This document shows positions 1 to 7,945 of a DNA stretch of 47,384 bases, in pieces. The DNA lies in the sequence record DRR723986_5541. The stretch is one strand, 5' to 3'. The notes beneath the pieces were generated by a model. The model was not told the DNA's origin. It was given only the letters and a program-made list of their open reading frames with translations, and ran no database searches. Made by a program: the position numbers and the translations under genes. How positions within the stretch are numbered: the stretch's first letter is position 1; each line of letters begins with the position of its first letter.

Positions 1-88
1 CAAAGCTGTTAGCCTTAGGCTAACAGCTTTGGAATTGAGCCTCAAAAAACAGCTGTTAGCTTAAGCTGTTAGCTACAAGCTAACAGCT
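1..88. repeat. Cluster of AGCTGTTAGC/GCTAACAGCT motifs forming two perfect inverted repeats (REP-like)
   Basis: 1-31 = CAAAGCTGTTAGCCT-T-AGGCTAACAGCTTTG (15-bp perfect arms); 64-88 = AGCTGTTAGCT-ACA-AGCTAACAGCT; extra direct copy at 51-60. Confidence 0.85.
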
Positions 89-238
89 CATTTTTCTGAC
101 ATTTTTCAATCAAAAATCCTTCATCCCGGACGCCCGGAATCCGTCGCGCAAAGCATCAAAAATGCCGACCGTAAATCTGGTGAATCGGCTGCCCCGGCAG
201 CCACAATTTCAATCTGTTTAAGAGGAAAGAACAGCCCA

Positions 239-508
239 ATGAAAGTGCAAGACGAAACCCACGTGAGAACTACCATCCGCGACTACTTTGCCGCGAACAT
301 GGGCAAAGACGCCAACTTTGGCGATGGCGACGACATTTTTGCCGAAGGACTGGTCAACTCCCTCTTCGCGCTCCAACTCGTCACATTTCTGGAAAACGCA
401 TTCAAAATCACGGTGGACAACGACGACCTGGACCTGCAAAACTTCCGCAGCGTCGACGCCATCGGCGCATTCGTAGCCCGCAAACAACGCAAACTGGCCG
501 CAGGCTAA
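239..508 (+). CDS. Discrete acyl carrier protein, FkbJ/ZmaD-like (glyceryl/hydroxymalonyl carrier)
   Basis: 89 aa; GLVNSLFALQLVTFLE motif (NSL in place of DSL, typical of hydroxy/methoxy/aminomalonyl ACPs); AGAGGA RBS at ~221-226. Confidence 0.9.
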   Translation: MKVQDETHVRTTIRDYFAANMGKDANFGDGDDIFAEGLVNSLFALQLVTFLENAFKITVDNDDLDLQNFRSVDAIGAFVARKQRKLAAG

Positions 509-540
509 AGCTGCACACGCAGGATAACACCATCATTCAA

Positions 541-1692
541 ATGCAAGACACAAGCGAACAACACTACGCCGAGCTGCGCAAGGAATTTGAAGACTTTGCC
601 GCCGAACACATTCAGCCCCACGCCGATGCCTGGGATCAGTCCGGAGCCGTACCCGAAACTGCGATTCAAGCTATGGCACAGGCGGGCTATCTGGGCTTAA
701 CAATTCCCGCGGAATACGGTGGTCGCGGCCTGGATCAGTACAGTTCCATGCTGCTTAACATTGCCATCGGGCAGGCCTGCTCCTCCATGCGCAGCCTGAT
801 TACCGTGCATTCCGCGCTCGTGGCCGAGACGATTGTCCGCTGGGGGACGCCGCAGCAAAAACAGGCGTGGTTACCCGATCTGGCCTCCGGGAACAAGATT
901 GCCGCTTTTGCGCTTTCCGAGCCCGAAACTGGTTCCGACGCTAAAAACGTGCACACGCGTTACACAAAACATGGCAGCACCTATAAAATCAGCGGCCGCA
1001 AAACCTGGACGACTTTTGGGCAGCGGGCCGACGTCTACCTTTGCATAGCCAATGGCGATGAAGGTGTTTGTGCGTTTTTACTTGACCGGAATAAGCCAGG
1101 CCTTTTGGTTGAGCCGCTCGGCGGCATGCTGGGCACGCGCGCCTCGCTCCTGGCCCAAATTGAGATTTCGGAGAGTGAAGTCTCAGAGTCCGACATCCTC
1201 GGTCGCCGCGGCCTCGGCTTCCTGCAAATTGTCAATACGGCTCTGGATAATGGACGCTTCAGCGTTGCATCCGGCTGCGTCGGTATTGCCAGAGCGGCAT
1301 TGCTTGCAGCGGTGGACCACGCCAACTCCCGCGAGCAATTCGGTCAAAAACTGCGCGAATTTCAGCTGATCCGTCGGCGCGGAACCGCACTGGCGCTGGA
1401 CGTTCGCAGCGCTACACTGCTCTGTGAAGATGCGGCGCGTCTGCGTGATGCGCGCAGCCCACAGGCAATCATTCGCACGTCGATGGCTAAATACCAGGCT
1501 TCGGCCGCCGCCAACCGCGCTGCCGACCACGCCGTCCAGATTCTGGGTGCGCTGGGCTGCCACGACTCCAGTCCGGTGCAGCGTTACTACCGCGACGCAC
1601 GTGTAATGGAAATTATCGAAGGTTCGACCGAGATGCAGGAATTGCTGATCGGAGAGCAGTTGTTTAACAACCCAGCGGCCCTGATCGGCTAA
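541..1692 (+). CDS. Acyl-CoA/acyl-ACP dehydrogenase, FkbI/ZmaE-like
   Basis: AFALSEPETGSD, GRKTWTT, REQFG and RYYRDARVMEIIEGSTEMQ ACAD motifs; lies between the ACP and FkbH. Confidence 0.92.
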   Translation: MQDTSEQHYAELRKEFEDFAAEHIQPHADAWDQSGAVPETAIQAMAQAGYLGLTIPAEYGGRGLDQYSSMLLNIAIGQACSSMRSLITVHSALVAETIVRWGTPQQKQAWLPDLASGNKIAAFALSEPETGSDAKNVHTRYTKHGSTYKISGRKTWTTFGQRADVYLCIANGDEGVCAFLLDRNKPGLLVEPLGGMLGTRASLLAQIEISESEVSESDILGRRGLGFLQIVNTALDNGRFSVASGCVGIARAALLAAVDHANSREQFGQKLREFQLIRRRGTALALDVRSATLLCEDAARLRDARSPQAIIRTSMAKYQASAAANRAADHAVQILGALGCHDSSPVQRYYRDARVMEIIEGSTEMQELLIGEQLFNNPAALIG

Positions 1693-1787
1693 CGATTCGT
1701 CAATTACTGGTCAGGCAACATCCCAACAGCCGGGAACATTCAACACATGATTCACTCCACACAGCCATTCCAAAACGGAGCAAAACC

Positions 1788-2756
1788 GTGATTAGCATAC
1801 ACGCTATACGCGAGTATATCACCGGTGCGCGGCGCCCAGCTGCGGACCTGCCCGAATACGCTGAGCTGCGCGACGACGAGCGCGAATACTTTGCGCAGAT
1901 GGGCATCGAAACGTATTACGATGCGGGTGAAGTCGGTGCCTTTGAGCTGGCGCTGCGCGCTTCCGAGGAAGTTCTGGCCCAGAGCGGCGTTGGCGGCGAT
2001 GAGATTGACTACATCATCTACATCCGGCCGCGCATTCCCGATCAGTTTATCAGCTCCGATGCTACGCGCCTGCAGGATGCACTTGACGCGCAGCGCGCAT
2101 GTAGTTTTGGACTGAGCGATCTTGGCTGTGTGGACAGCACCATGGCACTGAAGCTGGCGCGCGACCTGCTGCTGGCCAACCGCCGCGCACGTTACGTTCT
2201 GATAGCTTATGGCCACAAACAATATTCGCCGCGCCGCTTCCGCATGCCGGTAACTATTCAGGGAGATGGCGGCGTAGCGGCCCTGATCGGCCGCGGCGAG
2301 AACAATACGATTGTGGATATCGAGCTTGAATCCAACGGGCGTTACTGGGATCTGTTTGCCATGCAATACCGCGACCGCACCTTTGCCGAGTACAGCGAGC
2401 AGGTATCCGATCCGCGCAAATACGGCTTTGAATTGGCCGTGGAAAGCAAAAATCGTTTTGTAGAGCTTAACAAACGACTGACCGAGCGCAATGGCCTCAG
2501 CCTTGAAGGCATGCAGCACGTCATGATGCAGAACATCGCCCGCCGCGCCTTTGACTATTATGAGATGGCGCTGGGCTGCAGCATTTCGCCCGTGTGCAAA
2601 ATGAACCTTGCGCAGTACGGCCACCTTGGCTGTGCCGATATTCTGTTAAACTACAAAACCGGTTTAGAGACCGGCATGGTCAATCCCGGCGACAACGTTC
2701 TGTTAATGAATAACAGTCCCGTTGCTGCCTGGAGCGGCGTAATCGTAAAAGCTTAA
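1788..2756 (+). CDS. 3-oxoacyl-ACP synthase III (FabH)-like protein with non-canonical triad
   Basis: 322 aa; Cys114 in DLGCVDS, GDGGVAALI motif, YGHLGCAD in place of FabH GNT; Gln248 at the FabH His position; GGAG RBS before GTG. Confidence 0.85.
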   Translation: MISIHAIREYITGARRPAADLPEYAELRDDEREYFAQMGIETYYDAGEVGAFELALRASEEVLAQSGVGGDEIDYIIYIRPRIPDQFISSDATRLQDALDAQRACSFGLSDLGCVDSTMALKLARDLLLANRRARYVLIAYGHKQYSPRRFRMPVTIQGDGGVAALIGRGENNTIVDIELESNGRYWDLFAMQYRDRTFAEYSEQVSDPRKYGFELAVESKNRFVELNKRLTERNGLSLEGMQHVMMQNIARRAFDYYEMALGCSISPVCKMNLAQYGHLGCADILLNYKTGLETGMVNPGDNVLLMNNSPVAAWSGVIVKA

Positions 2757-2807
2757 CTTGTTGACTGAACTATCACTACATCAGGTTCTAACAAAAAGGA
2801 ATTCCTC

Positions 2808-3923
2808 ATGTCCGCCGAAATCGTAAAAGTTAAAGTTGTTGCCTGGGACCTGGACAGCACCGTCTGGCATGGCGTCCTGACCGAAGGGGATGAGTTGGTG
2901 CTGCGCGATAATATCCGCAACATCATGCAGGAGCTGGACCGCCGCGGAGTCTTGCAGACGATTGTAAGCAAAAATACACATAGTGATGCCTGGCCGCGCC
3001 TGGTGGAATTTGGGCTGGACCACTACTTCCTTTACCCACAAATCAACTGGGGACCAAAGTCCGAATCCATCAAAGAAATCAAGGAGCGCATCAACATTGG
3101 ATTTGATGCGATTGCCTTTATCGACGATACGGCCTTTGAGCGCGACGAAGTCAGCTTTGCACATCCGCAAGTACAGACCTACGATGTTGACGTGATTGCC
3201 GGGCTGCTCGACCTGCCGCAGTTTATGCCGCGTTTTATTACCGACGAATCGGCACGCCGCCGCGCCATGTATCAGGCCGATGCAGAGCGCGATGTAGACA
3301 GTGAAAAATTTGAGAATAACCAGGAGTTTTTGCGCTCACTGGGCATGAAGTTCAAAGTAACGCCCGCCGTTGCCGAGGACCTAAAACGCGTGGAAGAACT
3401 GACCGTGCGCACCAATCAGTTAAATGCGACCGGCATAACCTATTCGTATGATGAACTGTTGGAGTTGATGAAGTCACCCGCGCACCTCTTGTACGTTGCC
3501 GAACTGGTGGACCGCTATGGCAGTTACGGAAAAATTGGCGTCGCCATGCTGGAGCGCGTCGATGACGCCTGGCGTATTAAACTCCTGCTGATGTCATGCC
3601 GTGTGATGGCGCGTGGTGTCGGCACGGTTTTACTCAACTATTTGATTAACAAAGCGCGCGCCAATGACATGCAGTTGGCGGCTGAGTTTAAACACACAGA
3701 CCGCAACCGCATTATGTTCATGACCTACCGCTTTGCCGGATTTACAGAGGGGCCTGAAATTGCGGGTGGAGGTGTTTTGCTGGAACATCCGCTGGCCACA
3801 GATCAGGCCTATCCAGATTACATTGAACTGGAATTGCCTGAGCTAATCGAAAAGGGGAGTGCCGGCACAAACGGGGCCGCGACATCTGTGCATTCAGATT
3901 CGCAGCCGGAACTCTCGAATTAA
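2808..3923 (+). CDS. fkbH: FkbH-like glyceryl-ACP synthase (HAD-IIIC phosphatase/glyceryl transferase)
   Basis: VAWDLDSTVW HAD motif, SKN, INWGPKS, FIDD, RTNQLN, DRYGSYG, LLMSCRV catalytic Cys; AAGGA RBS. Confidence 0.93.
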   Translation: MSAEIVKVKVVAWDLDSTVWHGVLTEGDELVLRDNIRNIMQELDRRGVLQTIVSKNTHSDAWPRLVEFGLDHYFLYPQINWGPKSESIKEIKERINIGFDAIAFIDDTAFERDEVSFAHPQVQTYDVDVIAGLLDLPQFMPRFITDESARRRAMYQADAERDVDSEKFENNQEFLRSLGMKFKVTPAVAEDLKRVEELTVRTNQLNATGITYSYDELLELMKSPAHLLYVAELVDRYGSYGKIGVAMLERVDDAWRIKLLLMSCRVMARGVGTVLLNYLINKARANDMQLAAEFKHTDRNRIMFMTYRFAGFTEGPEIAGGGVLLEHPLATDQAYPDYIELELPELIEKGSAGTNGAATSVHSDSQPELSN

Positions 3924-4003
3924 TGCTATTTTATCAATCAGAATCACTGCACTGCGATGTTAAACAGTGACCGCCAAGTATTTTATTAGTGCGAGATAGA
4001 CCT

Positions 4004-7000
4004 ATGAATAAACCAATCGCCATTATTGGAGTGTCCGGGCGTTTTCCGCAAGCGCCGGACGTACGTGCAATACATGCTATGCTGCGCGACGGTGGAGATG
4101 CCGTTAACCGTATCTCCAAAGACCGCATCTGCAATTCCACCTTGCCACTGCTATCCACAGACTTCCGCCCGATGGGGTGGTTGGACAATGTGGACCATTT
4201 TGACTACAAATATTTTAACATTTCCGGCCGCGAAGCCGAGCAGATCGACCCACATCAACGCATCATGCTGGAATGTGCCGTTGAATGTATCGAACATGCC
4301 GGTTATTCTACGGAGTCAGTTAACGGCAGCCGCATGATGGTCCTGGGGGCCAATGCCGACTACCAATACTACAAACACTTTGACCATTTTGAGCCGGCTA
4401 TGTTCCCGGGGAACACGCCCTTTTCAGTGGCCGGCCGTATCTCACGTTACCTGAACACCAAAGCACCTGCCTGGGTGGTCGACACCGGCTGCTCTTCGGC
4501 CTTGTTCCAGGTGGTTCAGGCCTGTGAATACCTGAATGCCGAGCTGGCTGAATCGGCCCTTGTCATCGCCTCGCGCGTCATGCTGGACCCCATCCGCGAA
4601 GGGTTAACTTATGATGTTGGTGTGACCTCGGATGACAGTAAAACACGAACATTTAATGCCGATTCCAAAGGCTCCGGGTCTTCCGAAGCCGTTGTGTCTG
4701 TATTGTTAAAACCGCTGGACCAGGCGCAGGCCGACGGCGATAACATTATGGCTGTGATTGCCGCCGCCGCCAGCAATTCGTCGGGCAACAGCGCCTCAAG
4801 CCTCACAGCCACAAGTAGCATAGCACAGACAGAAGTCTTGCTCCAAGCCTGGAATCAGGCAGAAATTGACCCGCGCTCCATCGGCTATATCGAGCCACAT
4901 GGAAGTGCGACGCGCCTCGGTGATCCAATCGAGGTTGCAGCTATCGATAAAGCCATGCGCAGCGCCACGCAGGATAAACACTTTTGTGCGCTGAGCTGTG
5001 TGAAAACCAATATTGGACATACCGACAAAGTGGCCGGCCTGGCCGGATTGTTAAAAGCCGTACTCAGCGTGCAGCACCGCGAACTCTACCCGTCGCTGCA
5101 TTTTGAGACGCCCAACCCATTCATTGACTTCGCCAATTCAGCCACATTCGTTAACACTGAACTGCGCACCTGGGAGCCGGCGGCTGAACATCCACTGCGT
5201 GCCGGTGTTTCGTCCTGGGGTTTTGCCGGCAACAATGTTCACGTTGTGCTGGAAGAAGCTCCGCAGCGAGCTGCCGATGAACGTCCGCGCGAACAGGCTT
5301 ATCCCGTCTGCATTTCATCCAAACGCGCCGACGGCGTGCATGCAACAATTCAAAAATTGCGTCAGCATCTGGAGTATTATCCGGATGTGGATCTGGCGGA
5401 CATCGCCTACACGCTTAATTGCGGCCGCGGACATTACCGCTATCGCTGCATTCTGGTGGCGCGTACAACCACCGAACTGCAGGAAATGCTGGCGCATGTG
5501 CCCGCCGAAGATGTCTCGTTTGATTCCGGTGCCGACGCAAGTCGGGGGCTCCTGTTCACTTGCTCCGAGGGCGGCGACTGGACGTCGGAAGACATTGAGT
5601 TGCAAGCCGCGGCCGATGCCGACTTTGCGCAGGCATACGCACAATTTTCAGCCTTCATCAAAGAAGACGATCGCGCAAACTCCGCATGCCTCGCAGTCAT
5701 CGGACAAACCTGCGCCTGGCACAGCCTGAAAAACCGCGGAATTACAAGCAATCGGATCCTGGGCCTCGGCGCAGGTGACATCAGCGTGCAACTGATTCTC
5801 GGTGAGCTGGACCACGAGCATGCGCTTGACATGGCCCGTGCCTACGATTCCGCCGGACCACCGGCCGACATGCAGGAGCGTGTCCAGGCACTTGTAGAAC
5901 GCGAAAGTGCCGCAGGCAAAGTGCTCTTTATCGAGCTGGGCCCCGGCGGCGAATTGAGTGCCGCGCTCGACAGCTGGCAACCGGCCGATCGCGATGTGAT
6001 GTTTGACGTACTGCGCTTTGATCCGCGTCAGTTCACGGCCGCCGCAGTGATGAGCGCCGAACTGTATGCCTGCCACTGGAATGTGGATTGGAAAACCTGG
6101 CATGCGGGCCGTGCCGGCCGGCGTATCAATCTTCCCGGTTATCAATTTGCAGGGCTGCGCGCCTGGGCACGGCCGGCCTGGACCGATGCCGAATTTGAGC
6201 AGTGGCAGCGCTCGCTTAAAGATCCAAATGTCAAAGCGCCCTCGCAGAACACGCAGAACGGCTCAGCCGAACAGGACTTCTTCAAAGCACCGGACCTGGG
6301 ACCGGCAATTGACGCTGCGGCAGTTGATGAATCATGGACTTCCATGCAACAACGCGTGGCTAAAATCTGGAAAGCAGTCCTCAAGATTGACACGCTCAAA
6401 CTGGATGACGACTTCTTTGGACTCGGTGGACATTCGCTTTTTGGCACAATGGTTACCAGCCGCATAGAGCAGGAATTTAAAGTGCGTTTGCAATTCAAGG
6501 ATGTTCTCAATTTCAGTACGGTGCGCCGTATGGCCGCCGGAGTAGAACAGCTGGCTGCGCAAGGGGCAAACAATGGCCACGCCGCGCTCGAAATCACCGC
6601 AGCGCCGTCAGCGGATGTCTATGACCTCTCATTCAGTCAGCGTCCCATGTGGATCATCAACCAGCTTGACGGTGGACAAAACCTGGCGTATAATCTGGTT
6701 TCTGCGCTGCATCTGGACGGCGAGTTTGATCAGGAGCGATTTGAGCATGCCTTCCGTCAGATGATCGCGCGCCACGAAGTATTCCGCACATCTTTTGAGA
6801 TGCTGGAAGACAAACCTGTGCAGCGCATTCATCCTTCGGTTGAATTTGCGATTGAACATCTGAGCACTGCTGCCGATACTATCGAAGACGCGGTCCACGC
6901 CTTTACGCGGCCTTTTAATCTGGCCGAGGCTCCAATCATCCGCGTAGCCCTGCTGGAAGTCAAAGGTGCTGGGCTGATGTTACTGGTCGATGTGCATCAC

Positions 7001-7945
7001 ATCGTCTTTGACGGATCTTCCGCTGCGATTTTCCTGCAGGAACTCGCGGCGCTGTATCGCGGTGAACAGCTGCCGCCGGCAACCTTGCACTACAAAGATT
7101 TTGCGAACTGGCAGGCCGAATATCTTGCTGGTCCGCGCGGGCAAAGTCAGGGAGAATGGTGGCGTGAGAAATTTGCTACGCCGCCGCGGCCACTCGACCT
7201 GCCCACAGACTTCCCACGACCTGCCCAGCGCGGGTTTTCCGGCAACCGTCTGACAAACAGGCTGGAGCGTGAACTTGTCGATCGCGTGCGCGCAGTAGCG
7301 CGCGAACGTGAGGTCACAGTCTTCATGTACCTGCTGGCCTCGTACTACACACTGCTGCAGCGTTATTCCGGTCAGAACGACATCGTGGTGGGAACACCGG
7401 TGGCCGGCCGTTCACACGTAGCTCTGGAGCGCATGCCCGGGATGTTTGTTAATACTCTGGCTCTGCGTGCGCAGTTGGATGCTGATGCTGGATTCGACAA
7501 GTTGCTGGCGCATGTTAAGAGCGTCTGTCTGGATTCCTACGCGCATCAGGAGTATCCAATCGAGCTGCTCGTGGACGAACTGCGCCTGGAGAGAGATGCC
7601 TCGCGCAATCCTATGTTCGATGTAATGTTGCTCCTGCAGAACGTGGCGTCAACAAACGTGCAGATAGACGAAAAACTGGCACTGCGGCATCATGAATTTG
7701 CGCCGCAAACTTCCAAGTTTGACCTTAGTTTCGAGTTCGTTGAAGATGGTCAGGATCTCATTCTGGGCGTAGAGTATTCGACTGACTTGTTTGAGCAGGC
7801 CAGTATTCAAACGATGGTAGATGACTTTGTGACTATTTTGCGTGCAACGGCAGAAAGCGCGACTGTTGCACCGGTAGACATACCGATAGGAGTGCAATTC
7901 AAAAGCATCGGCAGTGATTCAGATGCCGAGTTTGGCGAGTTCTAA
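4004..7945 (+). CDS. Type I PKS/NRPS hybrid: KS - degenerate AT - ACP/PCP - condensation domain (ORF track start 3989 GTG; ATG 4004 preferred)
   Basis: KS triad DTGCSS (Cys 4490), EPHGSAT (His 4898), NIGH (His 5018); AT active-site position reads GLGAG (5762-5776); carrier GGHSL (Ser 6434); C domain HHIVFDG (6995); no KR/DH motifs. Confidence 0.92.
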   Translation: MNKPIAIIGVSGRFPQAPDVRAIHAMLRDGGDAVNRISKDRICNSTLPLLSTDFRPMGWLDNVDHFDYKYFNISGREAEQIDPHQRIMLECAVECIEHAGYSTESVNGSRMMVLGANADYQYYKHFDHFEPAMFPGNTPFSVAGRISRYLNTKAPAWVVDTGCSSALFQVVQACEYLNAELAESALVIASRVMLDPIREGLTYDVGVTSDDSKTRTFNADSKGSGSSEAVVSVLLKPLDQAQADGDNIMAVIAAAASNSSGNSASSLTATSSIAQTEVLLQAWNQAEIDPRSIGYIEPHGSATRLGDPIEVAAIDKAMRSATQDKHFCALSCVKTNIGHTDKVAGLAGLLKAVLSVQHRELYPSLHFETPNPFIDFANSATFVNTELRTWEPAAEHPLRAGVSSWGFAGNNVHVVLEEAPQRAADERPREQAYPVCISSKRADGVHATIQKLRQHLEYYPDVDLADIAYTLNCGRGHYRYRCILVARTTTELQEMLAHVPAEDVSFDSGADASRGLLFTCSEGGDWTSEDIELQAAADADFAQAYAQFSAFIKEDDRANSACLAVIGQTCAWHSLKNRGITSNRILGLGAGDISVQLILGELDHEHALDMARAYDSAGPPADMQERVQALVERESAAGKVLFIELGPGGELSAALDSWQPADRDVMFDVLRFDPRQFTAAAVMSAELYACHWNVDWKTWHAGRAGRRINLPGYQFAGLRAWARPAWTDAEFEQWQRSLKDPNVKAPSQNTQNGSAEQDFFKAPDLGPAIDAAAVDESWTSMQQRVAKIWKAVLKIDTLKLDDDFFGLGGHSLFGTMVTSRIEQEFKVRLQFKDVLNFSTVRRMAAGVEQLAAQGANNGHAALEITAAPSADVYDLSFSQRPMWIINQLDGGQNLAYNLVSALHLDGEFDQERFEHAFRQMIARHEVFRTSFEMLEDKPVQRIHPSVEFAIEHLSTAADTIEDAVHAFTRPFNLAEAPIIRVALLEVKGAGLMLLVDVHHIVFDGSSAAIFLQELAALYRGEQLPPATLHYKDFANWQAEYLAGPRGQSQGEWWREKFATPPRPLDLPTDFPRPAQRGFSGNRLTNRLERELVDRVRAVAREREVTVFMYLLASYYTLLQRYSGQNDIVVGTPVAGRSHVALERMPGMFVNTLALRAQLDADAGFDKLLAHVKSVCLDSYAHQEYPIELLVDELRLERDASRNPMFDVMLLLQNVASTNVQIDEKLALRHHEFAPQTSKFDLSFEFVEDGQDLILGVEYSTDLFEQASIQTMVDDFVTILRATAESATVAPVDIPIGVQFKSIGSDSDAEFGEF

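Noticed and set aside
1752-2624. 290-aa minus-strand ORF
   Set aside because: Antisense shadow of the KSIII gene, with no recognisable motifs
239-3923. Complete canonical tetronate cassette
   Set aside because: No acetyltransferase/eliminase pair is visible, and the ACAD plus NSL-ACP point to oxidation towards hydroxymalonyl; kept only as an alternative
5103-5729. 208-aa alternative-frame ORF, and the many other short ORFs inside the PKS/NRPS genes
   Set aside because: Nested within motif-rich long ORFs; composition typical of off-frame translation
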